IMG/VR virus record: IMGVR_UViG_3300048834_000244
Span: 1-59,310 of that record
Direction: 5' to 3' (one strand)
DNA length: 59,310 nucleotides
DNA from: a virus
Lineage: Duplodnaviria; Caudoviricetes
This document shows, piece by piece, positions 27,469 to 37,613 of the stretch (its first letter is position 1; each line of letters begins with the position of its first letter). The notes under the pieces are model-generated. The model was given only the letters and a program-made list of their open reading frames with translations, searched no databases and was not told the origin of the DNA. A program made the position numbers and the translations under genes.

Positions 27469-27885
27469 TCAGGCAAGCGCCTTCGCGATCTGACGATGGG
27501 TGTTCGGCGTTGGCAGCGCGCGACCGTCTGCCAGAACGCGTTCCGCGTCGGTGACGTGCAGGATTGCAAGGCCCGCCGAAATGCGCTCATGCCCGCGAGA
27601 GCCGTCAGAAGACTGCTGATCGAAGAACTTCCCGTCTTCGCCTAGCAGATAGCGCGGGACGTAGTTGCGCTGAAGCAGCACTTCGACCGCCCCATCGCCT
27701 ACAGGCCTCGGCGCTGGTTCCGGCTGCGGAGCAGGCTCGACTTCCGCAAGAAGCTTCAATTCTTCGAGGATTTCGCCTTTGGTGTTCGGGATGTTCTCGC
27801 CGATCAATTCCTTGGCGCGCGCCTTCCATTGCATGAAGGGGGCCTTGTCGGCGGCTTCGATCAGTTCGCGGGCAGACAGAGACAT
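27469..27885 (-). CDS. Hypothetical protein
   Basis: AGGAG RBS; in operon. Confidence 0.75.
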   Translation of the reverse strand: MSLSARELIEAADKAPFMQWKARAKELIGENIPNTKGEILEELKLLAEVEPAPQPEPAPRPVGDGAVEVLLQRNYVPRYLLGEDGKFFDQQSSDGSRGHERISAGLAILHVTDAERVLADGRALPTPNTHRQIAKALA

Positions 27886-27943
27886 GATTGCTCCTGTGAG
27901 AATGGAAAGGGCCGCTCACGCAGAACGGCCCGTCCGGGTGGTG

Positions 27944-28516
27944 TTAGTCGTCGGCGCCCATGAAGCCCCAGACGTAGAAGGAGCCGGTCACATCGATGGT
28001 GGAGTTCGCATCGATGGTCGCGGCGGAGCCCGACCAGTTGAGGTACAGGTCAACGGCAGTCGCCGTACCGTCCAGCGGCGTCTGCGCCGCAGTGACGGTC
28101 GTGGCGTTAAGCCCGGTGGACGGCAGGGTGATCGACTTCGTTGCCGCGAAGTTGACTTCCGTACTGGTCAATGCGCCATCGCCAGCGTCCGCCGCGGCGG
28201 AGCCGAACGCGATGACGAAGGCCGCGTCATTCGCCCCGCCCGTGAGCGCGGAGCCTTCCGTGAAGCCGCTCCAGGTGTGGGACGAGCCCAGCACCTGAAC
28301 GACGCCCTCGTTGAAGTCGAATATCTTCAGCGAGCCGGATGAACCGGAGGCGGCGGCGTCGGTGACGGTCACGCGCGCTGCCGTGAAGGTGAACTTCATC
28401 GAGAAGAAGCGGCCGTTGACGCGGGCTTCGGTGATCTTGACGGAGCCGGACGCCGGCTGCGCCGCAATCGTACCAATGGAGGCGAGCTTGTCGCCCCATG
28501 CGGAGTTGTGAGGCAT
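27944..28516 (-). CDS. Putative capsid decoration protein
   Basis: Beta-rich Ala/Thr/Ser protein directly after the major capsid gene. Confidence 0.65.
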   Translation of the reverse strand: MPHNSAWGDKLASIGTIAAQPASGSVKITEARVNGRFFSMKFTFTAARVTVTDAAASGSSGSLKIFDFNEGVVQVLGSSHTWSGFTEGSALTGGANDAAFVIAFGSAAADAGDGALTSTEVNFAATKSITLPSTGLNATTVTAAQTPLDGTATAVDLYLNWSGSAATIDANSTIDVTGSFYVWGFMGADD

Positions 28517-28539
28517 GGTGGTGATCCTTCAGATCAGGA

Positions 28540-28573
28540 AAGGGAGAAGAGAACGGGCGGCCGAAGCCGCCCG
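28540..28573 (-). terminator. Terminator/hairpin after major capsid gene
   Basis: CGGGCGGC-ttcg-GCCGCCCG followed by TTCTCTTCT. Confidence 0.7.
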
Positions 28574-28579
28574 AAAGGC

Positions 28580-29596
28580 TTACGAGCTGGCGGTCATGCC
28601 GTAGAGGTCGGCTGCAACGCCGTGAGCCGCCTCATTATCACAAATGAGGGTTACCTCGGCCTTGAGGACGCCCGGAATGGCATCGCCGTCCTTCTTGACG
28701 TCCTTGTCCTCCTTGATGCGGCGGAGCCAGCCAAGGCGGGCCTTGCCGTCATCGATAAGGAAGGCGTTGCGGGCGAGCGACGCCCCGACGCGCGCCATCT
28801 GGCGGTTCGGGATGACGTCGATCCGGCCGAAATCGGACAGATAGACATCGGCCGCGCCGACGATGGTACCTTCCGACTTGCCGTCCAAGGGCATGCGAAA
28901 CGCAGCCACATTCGTGTCCGACATGAAGGTGGAGAAGACGCGCTTCACATAGGGGCTGACCATCAGCTTCTTCGGGCTGCCGCCCGACTTGTAGGTGGTC
29001 TCGATGACGCCATCGAGGATGGTCTTCGTGAAGGCGCGCTGATCGCCGTTGGTCGCCGCATCAACCACGCCCGTAGACGAGTTGAAGCCGCCGGACGAGC
29101 CGTTCGTGCCCATGGAATCGTTCGACGCGAGCCATGCGCGGAGACCCGCCATGCGCGGCGGGACCGAGCCGGAGCCCGCAACCGAGGCCTGGTTCATGAG
29201 AATGGCCGCCTCGATGTCGATGCGGATTTCCATGCCCTTCTTGGTCTTCTGGTAGGCGACCTCGGACTTTTTGCCGGCCTTGTCCACCGCCTCCTGAGTT
29301 TCGGCAATCAGCCAGGTCTTGTCGAAGATCTGGGTATAATTGCCGACCTTGGAGGGAGCATCGGTCGGGTCGAACGTATAGGTGAAGCCCTGCACATTGG
29401 CGTTCGACGTATCCGGCGTCGCCAGAGAGTCGAGAGGCCATTCGTGCTTGGTGGCTTTGACGGTGCGCGCGCCGCTGTTCAGCATCGAATATGCCGGGGT
29501 TTCGTCCGGCGTGATGAGGCTGATGAGGTCGTGCAGGTCTTCGCGGTTCGTCGCCGCGCCGTCGTAGGTATCGTAGGCGTTTACGAGCTGGGACAT
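28580..29596 (-). CDS. Major capsid protein (SU10 / DUF5309-like)
   Basis: NREDLHDLISLITPDETP, GNYTQIF and YLSDFG motifs; AAGGA RBS. Confidence 0.9.
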   Translation of the reverse strand: MSQLVNAYDTYDGAATNREDLHDLISLITPDETPAYSMLNSGARTVKATKHEWPLDSLATPDTSNANVQGFTYTFDPTDAPSKVGNYTQIFDKTWLIAETQEAVDKAGKKSEVAYQKTKKGMEIRIDIEAAILMNQASVAGSGSVPPRMAGLRAWLASNDSMGTNGSSGGFNSSTGVVDAATNGDQRAFTKTILDGVIETTYKSGGSPKKLMVSPYVKRVFSTFMSDTNVAAFRMPLDGKSEGTIVGAADVYLSDFGRIDVIPNRQMARVGASLARNAFLIDDGKARLGWLRRIKEDKDVKKDGDAIPGVLKAEVTLICDNEAAHGVAADLYGMTASS

Positions 29597-29609
29597 GATC
29601 CCGGTTCCT

Positions 29610-30680
29610 TCAATCGAGTTCTGCGACAAGGCGGGCGATGTCGGTCACCGACCCACCGGTTCTGCGCGCTCGGCTGATGAGTTCCTGCCGTTTGGCCGCT
29701 GCTGCCGCCTCCGCCGTCTGCCGTTTGCCGGGCTCCGCCACCGGAGGCGTTTGCGCCTGCGTGGCTGCCGGCTTCGGCTTTGGCGGATCGGCTTTAAGCT
29801 TGCGGTACTTGAGCCCATCCATGGCGAGATCGGCCATGCGCATGACGCGATGGTCGACCGCCTGACCGTATTCCTGCGGGGAGAAGCCCAAATCCTGAGC
29901 CAACTGCACATAGTCAGCATGGAACTTCTCCCGCTCACTCTTGTCACGCAGACGAGGAATGGCGGTGAAAAGGGCCTGCTGCTGTTCTGCGATGTAGGCC
30001 TTGGTCTGGACTGCCTGCTGCTGCTGGTTTGCCTGCGCCTGCTGCGCCTGCGCCCATTGCAGCTGCCGCAACTCGTCTATCTTGCGGTTCCGGTAGACAA
30101 CGGCCTTCTGATACTCGGCCTGCTGTTCGAGGAAACCAACAGGATTGGACGGGTCATAGACGGGTGGTTCAGGCTCCTGCGGGATCGCCGCCTGTGCGTT
30201 GGCGATGGCCAGCGGGAGAGCCTGGGCAAGGAACTGCTCTTTCTGAGCGTGCTGGGCCTGAGCATCGCGAAACTGCTGCACGCGGGCAGTCAGTTCCCGT
30301 TCGATCTCAGGCAGCTTCCGAATCTTGTCGATGTTCTCGTTGACGAACTTCTTGTCGAACTCGAAGCCGTCACGCAGACGCATCTTCTTGTCCGGAGAAA
30401 TCCGGTCCCAATCGATGAACTCGACCTCTTCGGGTTGAGTTTGCGCATCTTCCGCCTCTGGCCCTGTCGACACGGCCGCCTCAGCGGTCTCGGTCGCGGC
30501 CTGTGCGGCTTCCGCATTGACGGGGGCGCTCGCTTCAGCCGGGTTGGCCGCTTCGGCGTCCTCATTGTCCATCCATCGCTGAGCTGCGTCATCGATAGAC
30601 AGGATTGCCGGCATATCGCCCGCAGGCGTCGCCGTATTCTCCCCGCCCGCAGGCGCGGAAGTCGCATTTTCCGTTGTCAT
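29610..30680 (-). CDS. Capsid scaffolding protein
   Basis: Acidic N-terminus, Gln/Ala-rich helices, position between portal and capsid genes. Confidence 0.8.
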   Translation of the reverse strand: MTTENATSAPAGGENTATPAGDMPAILSIDDAAQRWMDNEDAEAANPAEASAPVNAEAAQAATETAEAAVSTGPEAEDAQTQPEEVEFIDWDRISPDKKMRLRDGFEFDKKFVNENIDKIRKLPEIERELTARVQQFRDAQAQHAQKEQFLAQALPLAIANAQAAIPQEPEPPVYDPSNPVGFLEQQAEYQKAVVYRNRKIDELRQLQWAQAQQAQANQQQQAVQTKAYIAEQQQALFTAIPRLRDKSEREKFHADYVQLAQDLGFSPQEYGQAVDHRVMRMADLAMDGLKYRKLKADPPKPKPAATQAQTPPVAEPGKRQTAEAAAAAKRQELISRARRTGGSVTDIARLVAELD

Positions 30681-30795
30681 GAAAGATTCCCAAGTTCCAC
30701 GGCCGGAAATCAGACCCGGCAGTGAGCGGACGCACCGCGTTCATGGACTTGTTGCGCCGTGTCGTGGCGCCGACGATGCGAGGCCGGGCCTCGAA

Positions 30796-31056
30796 TTACG
30801 CAATCTTCGGCTGCTGCCGGGCTATTACCTCACCTTCGCTCACGAAGGCCTGCAATTGGGCCTTTACGGCCCGAATGGCGTTGATCTGGTTGACCTTGTC
30901 CCTGCGCTCAAGGTCCATTTCAGGGCCAAGCGCCAGCAGAATTTCAAGATTGGCGCGCTCAAGTCCTTCCAGCGCGTCCTTCATCACGTCGGAATCCAGA
31001 AATTCCTTCGCGCGGCGCGCCCGATCGGCAATAGCGAGGCGTTCGGATTCGGTCAT
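30796..31056 (-). CDS. Hypothetical protein
   Basis: Coupled to the portal stop. Confidence 0.75.
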   Translation of the reverse strand: MTESERLAIADRARRAKEFLDSDVMKDALEGLERANLEILLALGPEMDLERRDKVNQINAIRAVKAQLQAFVSEGEVIARQQPKIA

Positions 31057-33353
31057 CAGACCCCCGGAGCCGTAATGTTGGTATCAGCCACGGGCGGGCG
31101 CTGGATCATCTGCATGGCGTTCGCCTCTCGCGTCAGTTGCGCCTCGAGAAGCATTTCTTCACGCTTCAGCGAGGCTTTCTGCACGGCAATTTCGCGGTCC
31201 AGTTCGATCTGGGCGGCCGCCTTCTCGCGCATGAGCTGGATTTCCTGCTGGCCGCGCTCGCGGTCGGCCTGCATCTGCATGGCAGAGCGCTCACGAGCCG
31301 CGTTGAGGTCGATGAGCGCCTTTTCCTGCGCAAGTCTGGCGTCGGAAGCGGCTTCCATGTTCTTGCGCTCGATGTCGGCCTTGAGTTCGGCTTGCTGGAG
31401 TTGCAACTTCGCCTGCATCTCCATCATTCTCGGATCGGGCGGCGGCGGCTTCTGCGCTGACTGCGCGCGCATCTCGGCTATTTTCTCCTGCGAGATGTTC
31501 GGGAAATAGCTGTCCGGGTTCGACAAGCCCGCAGCTTCCGCCATCTTGCGGTCGGTATCCGAGATATGGCCGATGTTGCAGAACTCGTTGAACGGGCCAA
31601 AGATGCCGACGTATTCCTTCTGCGCGTTCCGCACGCCCATGAGCATTGCGATGTCGCGGTCACGGGTTCCGGTTCCGAGACCGACGTTCACCGTCACGTC
31701 CATGTCCGCGTCCCAGCCGCGCGGGTCCATCGCAACCCACTCGCCGCGCAGACGTATCGTGCGCGGCCGGTCCTGATACTTGGTGATAAGCTTCAGGCAG
31801 CAGGAGAAGAAACGCTTCAGTCCGCCGAAATTCGCGATATTCCGGGCGTACTCCTCGGTCTTGGAATGCGCCTGATCGGCCGCCATCGCGCTGGCCGTCG
31901 CGGTCTGGTTCTGGAGCTTGTCCAGATCGAGCGCCATTGCGTCTTCGGAAATCCCGGTACGGCGGCGAAGCACCTTGTCGCTGTATTCCAGAATCGGGGC
32001 TATCTGCGGCGCGATATACTCCCGCTCGACGGGCTGCACGACAGGCGCGCCCGGCGCGACCGTGCTCTTTGCGAGAATGATCCCGCCAAAAGTCGGGTTG
32101 ACCACCTCGCCCATCGATGTCGGCTCAATCGAGCCCTGATACACGATCTGCTGAGGATTGATGATCTGGTACATGTTGTCGATGATGCCGCGAAGGCCCA
32201 TCGTCTTGATCTGCGACATGTCATAGGCATCGTCGTAGATGCAGCCGCCGCGCCAGGTGTGCGCACGCGGGTCAGGCACGACGTCCGAGAACGGGAGGTC
32301 GTCACCCCATTCCTCGTTCGACAGGATATGCTTTTTGCTGGTGCCGCCGGCAGCGATGATCCGGCGCCGTTCGGCAATTCCGTCCCCGTCATAGTCGATC
32401 AGCACATAGCATTCGTACCGCTGGACATATTCGGTCGAATGATCCGGCGGGTTGTCGTCCGCATCCATCAACTCGTCACGGTCGCGACGCGCCTGCGTCA
32501 TCTCGTCCGAGTCGAAGGCCGGGATTTCGTCCACCTTGGCCTTCGTAAAACCCTCCTTGACGAGGTCGGACCTTGTGACACGGGAAACATGAGCGCAGAA
32601 GCGCACCGTCTCATCGAGCGCCTTGGCTGTACTGTCGATCAGAAATTCCTCGTCCGGGACCGCCGCAGCCCGCAGACGGCCGGATGACTTGATGCGCTTG
32701 ATCTTCACATCGTGGAGCATCTCAGGCTGCGGGATCGGCAGGCCCATGGCGATGAGCTGTCCCGCCCCGCCAGCCTGATCGATCAGCGCCTGCGCTTCAG
32801 CGGGCATCTGGAATGCCGGGTCCGGATACTCGGTATGCTCCAGTTCTTCATGAAAGTCGTCGGCCGACAGAAGCATGTTGTATGCCGCCGCATCAAGGCC
32901 GGCAAACTCGTCCGTAGCGTACTCCGGCGTCTTGTCCCACCAGTGCTTCAGGATGCCATTGCCGATCAGGATTCCGTCCGAGAACGCGTCACGAAAGAGC
33001 CTGTAGCCGGCGCATTCCTTCATCACGACATAGTTGACGTAATCCGTCGCCTGATCGGCATACTGCTCATGCTCTTCCCGGGTCGGCTCGTATACCGCGA
33101 CACGATCAGACGAGAAAAACACACGCAACAGGCTGGGCAGAATGAGGCCGTGCAAGTCCGCAACGTCGCGGCTGACAATCTTCGACCGGCCTTCTACCGG
33201 CGGCAGCTCCGGTATCTTGCCGTTGAAATAGTCCAGCGCAGCTTCGCGATGCTTCGCGCGGTCGGTCTGGGTGTAGTTCAGGGCGTCCGCGATCTGCCCG
33301 TCTATGACGCGCGCAAGATCATCGTCCGACATCCTGCCGGTACGTCGAGCCAT
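31056..33353 (-). CDS. Portal protein with long C-terminal coiled coil
   Basis: GRSKIVSRDV, ADQATDYVNY and VNVGLGTG motifs; after terL. Confidence 0.9.
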   Translation of the reverse strand: MARRTGRMSDDDLARVIDGQIADALNYTQTDRAKHREAALDYFNGKIPELPPVEGRSKIVSRDVADLHGLILPSLLRVFFSSDRVAVYEPTREEHEQYADQATDYVNYVVMKECAGYRLFRDAFSDGILIGNGILKHWWDKTPEYATDEFAGLDAAAYNMLLSADDFHEELEHTEYPDPAFQMPAEAQALIDQAGGAGQLIAMGLPIPQPEMLHDVKIKRIKSSGRLRAAAVPDEEFLIDSTAKALDETVRFCAHVSRVTRSDLVKEGFTKAKVDEIPAFDSDEMTQARRDRDELMDADDNPPDHSTEYVQRYECYVLIDYDGDGIAERRRIIAAGGTSKKHILSNEEWGDDLPFSDVVPDPRAHTWRGGCIYDDAYDMSQIKTMGLRGIIDNMYQIINPQQIVYQGSIEPTSMGEVVNPTFGGIILAKSTVAPGAPVVQPVEREYIAPQIAPILEYSDKVLRRRTGISEDAMALDLDKLQNQTATASAMAADQAHSKTEEYARNIANFGGLKRFFSCCLKLITKYQDRPRTIRLRGEWVAMDPRGWDADMDVTVNVGLGTGTRDRDIAMLMGVRNAQKEYVGIFGPFNEFCNIGHISDTDRKMAEAAGLSNPDSYFPNISQEKIAEMRAQSAQKPPPPDPRMMEMQAKLQLQQAELKADIERKNMEAASDARLAQEKALIDLNAARERSAMQMQADRERGQQEIQLMREKAAAQIELDREIAVQKASLKREEMLLEAQLTREANAMQMIQRPPVADTNITAPGV

Positions 33354-33369
33354 TCAGACTTCCTTGCAA

Positions 33370-34902
33370 TCAGACGATCGAGAGAGGCTTGCGGGAGGGG
33401 AGAACGATCTTCGAGCCGGCGGCACGTTCACGAAAGAACCACGCCATGATCAGCGCGTCGGCATCATCGGTGGATGACCCGAGGCGCTTCTTGATATCTT
33501 CCTTCGCCTCAACCTGAATCTTGACGCCGCGCAGTTTCCATTTCGGCGCGGTCAATTGCGCCTGCAAGCGCACATCCGGCGGTATCTCGATTACCGGATC
33601 ATTGGAGGGATCGAGGTCTTCACGCAGCCGCCACCAGCTTTCAGCGCGCAAATTCAGAAATTCGAGTTTCTGATCTCTTGTCTTGGCTGCGGTGCCTTCT
33701 GACGCCACAAACGGCTCAGCATCTATGCGATGATGCGTCTTCAGATGATCGCGCGCCGATCCTCCCCACCCACCAGTCAGATCGATCGCGATCAGACAAT
33801 CGTCACGCCGCGTGTTGAGCACCATCAGAGCGACGGAGGGACCGTCCGGCGTATTCTTTCCCTTTTCGCGCACAAGAGCCTCAAACCGGACGCCATGCAG
33901 GGGCGCGAGCACCGTAGCGTCGCCCCCGCCCTGCGCCACATCGACGCCAAGGCAAAGCATCTTCGGCCGTTCTCTGTCTTGGTTCCTGCGCCATCTGTCG
34001 TGAGCCAACAGCAGCCAGTCGGTCGGTATGACCTGATACGGGTCGTCCTCCCTCCCGGCCATGAAGTCGCCATGCAGGAGTTGAGACCGAAGCGGCTCAG
34101 GCATCGCATTGATCTGCGCGCGATAACCAGTGTCCCGAAGGTAGAGATTGTCATCAAGCTTGGACGGGATAAACGTGCGCGATAGTGCCTCGTACTCGAC
34201 GCCATCGATCACATGCTTACCAGGGCCGTCCACCCATACGGTGCGAATTTCGCTTCTGTCACCTACCGTGATCGCCCACCGCAGTTCACCGGGCTCCGCA
34301 GGGTTCGGGAATGCCGGATCAAGCCAAGGCGCGAACCATTCAACCAGCCATTGACCATCGCCGCCGATCGGCGGATTGGAGCCAATAACAGCCCTGCATC
34401 GCACCCCATCAGCCGACCGGAGCCAACCCAGGACGAAGTTTACCTTGTACGCGGTAAGCTGCGCCCCCTCGTCAAAGCCGATGAAATCGTGGGGCCTTCC
34501 TTGCCATGACAGTTCGGAGCCGGGGTTCTCCAGATGCCCGCACTCAATCAGCCGGTTGTCGTCTGTAACGAGGCGCTTCTTGTTGCTGTCCGACTTGGCG
34601 TTGCTCGGGCTGATTTCGAGCAGGCGGTCCCAGAAGCCCTCCAGATCGGTCGATTGCCGGCGGAAAATAACCGAACGACGATGCTGCGTCAGCGCAAGGC
34701 CGCACAGAAGGTCGGATTTGCCGCCGCCCGCCGCGCCGCCGTAGAGCAGGAGATCGGCATCGGAAAAGAAAGCCTCAGTCTGCGGCCCCGGTTGCGGCAG
34801 CCACTTTTGCGCCAGCTCCTTTTCAAGCGTCTTGTCGAGGTTCGCCTTATCCTCTGGCGACATCTCAGCCAGAAGCGCTTTCAGGTCAGCAAACCCGTCC
34901 AC
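33370..34902 (-). CDS. terL: Terminase large subunit
   Basis: Walker A YGGAAGGGKS, Walker B IGFDE, SNP coupling motif, LGVDVA nuclease motif. Confidence 0.95.
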   Translation of the reverse strand: MDGFADLKALLAEMSPEDKANLDKTLEKELAQKWLPQPGPQTEAFFSDADLLLYGGAAGGGKSDLLCGLALTQHRRSVIFRRQSTDLEGFWDRLLEISPSNAKSDSNKKRLVTDDNRLIECGHLENPGSELSWQGRPHDFIGFDEGAQLTAYKVNFVLGWLRSADGVRCRAVIGSNPPIGGDGQWLVEWFAPWLDPAFPNPAEPGELRWAITVGDRSEIRTVWVDGPGKHVIDGVEYEALSRTFIPSKLDDNLYLRDTGYRAQINAMPEPLRSQLLHGDFMAGREDDPYQVIPTDWLLLAHDRWRRNQDRERPKMLCLGVDVAQGGGDATVLAPLHGVRFEALVREKGKNTPDGPSVALMVLNTRRDDCLIAIDLTGGWGGSARDHLKTHHRIDAEPFVASEGTAAKTRDQKLEFLNLRAESWWRLREDLDPSNDPVIEIPPDVRLQAQLTAPKWKLRGVKIQVEAKEDIKKRLGSSTDDADALIMAWFFRERAAGSKIVLPSRKPLSIV

Positions 34903-34907
34903 AGGGC

Positions 34908-35549
34908 TCAGGCCTTACCGGATACTTCTCGCTTGGCCTTCGACGCGAGAAACGCCATGGCCTTGGCGCGGTCCAGATCGGAGACTTCGCGCATTTCGAT
35001 CGGCCCGCCGTCCTTGCCGGTGTGCTCAACCCTGTCCTTGAACATGCCGAGATGCCGGCCGATATCGACCAGCGCCGCCCGCTTGTCGTGCAGCTTGATC
35101 TTGACGCCGCCGGTCGCGTTCTGGCTGACCTCGGCGATGGCGGCGGCCGTCTCGTCGTCCAGTTCATCGCTGGCGACCATCTGGACCGTGTTCGTCACGA
35201 CGGTCTTGATCACCGCGATGTCGCCGCCGTCCGGGTTATCCTCTTCGGTGATCATAGCACTCTGCCATTTGACCGCCTTGCGGATGTCCGCAAACCCGAT
35301 CTTGGCAAGCTCCTTGAGAACGCGATCGGCCGTGATGTCTGTGCGTTCGGACCGCGACTTCATCGCGGCCTCAATGGCGGAGGCTATGTCAGGTTTTGTA
35401 AGGTTCTCTGCTCCGATTGCGCGCGCTGTGTCCTCGCTGTACCCGGCCCTGATTGCAGCCTGAGTAGCATTCAGGTCGATGAGGTATTCACGAACGAATG
35501 CGCGCTGCTTCGGCGTCAGTTCGTTTTCCCATTCTTCGGCATCACTCAT
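34908..35549 (-). CDS. terS: Terminase small subunit
   Basis: LTPKQRAFVREYLIDLNATQAAIRAGYS (Terminase_2-type motif). Confidence 0.95.
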   Translation of the reverse strand: MSDAEEWENELTPKQRAFVREYLIDLNATQAAIRAGYSEDTARAIGAENLTKPDIASAIEAAMKSRSERTDITADRVLKELAKIGFADIRKAVKWQSAMITEEDNPDGGDIAVIKTVVTNTVQMVASDELDDETAAAIAEVSQNATGGVKIKLHDKRAALVDIGRHLGMFKDRVEHTGKDGGPIEMREVSDLDRAKAMAFLASKAKREVSGKA

Positions 35550-35729
35550 ACATATTCACAGCGGACGCGCCGCTGCTCCAGTGTATTCGCCGTATTCCCC
35601 TGATTGACCGTGGTACACATGATCCGCCCGAAGGCGCCGGAAGCCGGCCCACGGTGATGTCTTCCATCTCGATCAGAGGCTAGTCCACTGACGGCTGGCA
35701 GCAGTGAGGAGAACGCCGGTCTCCGGTTT

Positions 35730-36362
35730 TCAATACCCGCGCACGCGCTCGAAGAAGGTTTCGCCTTCCGGGTTGGGCGCGAAGCGGTTTCCCTGAGGAC
35801 GGCCGCCGCCAGTGGCTGCCTTCTTGTCCTTGTCGTCCTTCGTTCCGAGCAGTTGCTTGAGCAGATCGGATTCGGGATCGGTGAAGGCGTCCATGAGCAT
35901 CTGGCTGATTGAGCCGTCCTTGAAGCCCATGATGTTCGCGGCTTCGGCGGGATTGCTCAACAGCGGATTGCTGTAGTCCCAGAAGCTGCCCGGCATCATG
36001 GCCTGATGCATCGTCCCCTGACGCGCCGCCTGCTGCCATGCCGGTACGTTCGTCTGGCCCGGATTGTTCAGCATGCGGTTGAGGTATTCGTCGGTGCCGG
36101 CGATGTTCTGCCGGACAGCCTGCATGCCCTGGTTCTGGAGGATCGGATCGAGGTGCTGCGCAACGCCGGCCTGCATGTCGCGGCCAAGAAGCTGCTGGAA
36201 CTGCGAATTGATCGCCGGGAGTGCGGTGGAGACGTTCTCCTGCGATACGCCCTGCTGCTGGCGGCCGTTCCAGTAGGACTCGTCATCCCCGTTCATAGGA
36301 ATGCCGAGCGCGGCGTAGATATCAGCGATGCTGAACGAAGTCGGGGCGAGTGCGTCTGCCAT
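35730..36362 (-). CDS. Hypothetical Gln-rich protein
   Basis: GAGG RBS; 210 aa. Confidence 0.7.
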   Translation of the reverse strand: MADALAPTSFSIADIYAALGIPMNGDDESYWNGRQQQGVSQENVSTALPAINSQFQQLLGRDMQAGVAQHLDPILQNQGMQAVRQNIAGTDEYLNRMLNNPGQTNVPAWQQAARQGTMHQAMMPGSFWDYSNPLLSNPAEAANIMGFKDGSISQMLMDAFTDPESDLLKQLLGTKDDKDKKAATGGGRPQGNRFAPNPEGETFFERVRGY

Positions 36363-36375
36363 GTCGTGCCTCTAC

Positions 36376-36564
36376 CTACTCGCGATGGCGGATGAAGCCG
36401 ATCGGGTCCATCTTGCGGCGCGCCATGATCTTGTTGCCGTCCGCATCGCGAACGCCGATTTCGACCAGTTCCTCAGTCTCGAATACGGTGCGGGAGAGAT
36501 AGTTCTCGCCGTCCGGTTCCGTCGTGACGTCTGCCGAACGCGGGCGGATCACGTATTCACGCAT
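36376..36564 (-). CDS. Small hypothetical protein
   Basis: Ends in PIGF motif; in late operon. Confidence 0.55.
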   Translation of the reverse strand: MREYVIRPRSADVTTEPDGENYLSRTVFETEELVEIGVRDADGNKIMARRKMDPIGFIRHRE

Positions 36565-36710
36565 ATCGCTCACTGCTTCCTGTTCGATGCGGCGCAATGC
36601 ACCGTGATTGGCGTCATGCAGTCATCGCGGGTGCAGAGAACGGCCTCAGTCGCCTTGATCCCGCAGATCGCGCAAATGAAGATCACTGGCTTCGGTTTGC
36701 GGGGCATGGC

Positions 36711-37115
36711 TCAGCCTTCAAGCCAGCCTTCAATAACGCCGAGAAGGCTGCGTTCCTCCTGACGCTGGTAGAAGTCGTACTGTCGATCGCTGATCATCCG
36801 AGCGCGCATCCATGGCGCGACGGAGCGAAGAGTGCTGACCTCTTCGTAGATGCCCTGCGAATGTCGAGTTCGCTCGTGCTCTTTCTGAGCAGTCGACTTC
36901 CCGCGAAGCTTGTCGAGACGTTGCTTCGCGAATGCTACGGCATCAGCCGGGGCCTGGGCGCACCCAAGGCCATGCGCAAGCGCACCATGGTACCCCATCG
37001 GGGACGCCATCGGAGGCGCTGCCCGGTGGACAGCCATCGCAGCTTGGGCTGCAATCTTCGGCCCGGCAACGGCGGCTCCTGCGCTCGCTCCGAAGAATGC
37101 ACGTCGATTCAGCAT
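36711..37115 (-). CDS. Hypothetical protein with Tat-like N-terminus
   Basis: MLNRRAFFG twin-arginine-like start; GAGGA RBS. Confidence 0.6.
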   Translation of the reverse strand: MLNRRAFFGASAGAAVAGPKIAAQAAMAVHRAAPPMASPMGYHGALAHGLGCAQAPADAVAFAKQRLDKLRGKSTAQKEHERTRHSQGIYEEVSTLRSVAPWMRARMISDRQYDFYQRQEERSLLGVIEGWLEG

Positions 37116-37131
37116 GTGCTATCCTCGCCGG

Positions 37132-37611
37132 GTGAAACTCTTCCTCACCGCCCAGCTCCTGCTCACCGCGCCAGCCATGGCGGAAGACATCGTGGGCAGG
37201 GCCGATGTGGTGGACGGGGACACGATCTCCATCCACGGCGCGCGCATCCGTCTCGACGGCGTAGATGCTCCGGAGAGCTGGCAGACGTGCCATGATGCAG
37301 GCGGCAAGCTCTATCGTTGCGGCGCTCGCGCTGCCGAGGCGCTTGATGCCCTGCTGGCCGCGTCACGCCCTACGAGATGCCGGAAGGTCGATACGGACAG
37401 GTATGGCCGCGTCGTCGCGGTGTGTTTTCGCGGCGATGGGGTCGAAGTGAACGCCTGGCTCGTCCGCAACGGCTTTGCCATCGATTACCGCAAATACAGC
37501 CGGGGCAGGTATCTGTCCGAGCAAGCCGAAGCCAAGCGCCATAAGCGCGGCATCTGGTCCGGCGCCTTCACCCTGCCTTGGGAGGCCCGCCGCATGAAGC
37601 GGGGGAGTTAG
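37132..37611 (+). CDS. Thermonuclease (SNase-like) family secreted protein
   Basis: VVDGDTI, IRLDGVDAPE, DRYGR and GIWSG motifs; signal peptide; start could be 37114. Confidence 0.9.
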   Translation: MKLFLTAQLLLTAPAMAEDIVGRADVVDGDTISIHGARIRLDGVDAPESWQTCHDAGGKLYRCGARAAEALDALLAASRPTRCRKVDTDRYGRVVAVCFRGDGVEVNAWLVRNGFAIDYRKYSRGRYLSEQAEAKRHKRGIWSGAFTLPWEARRMKRGS

Positions 37612-37613
37612 GT

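Noticed and set aside
28508-33449. Long plus-strand ORFs (28508-29677, 29595-30725, 31566-32687, 32712-33449)
   Set aside because: Antisense shadows of the GC-rich capsid, scaffold and portal genes, with no motifs or RBS.
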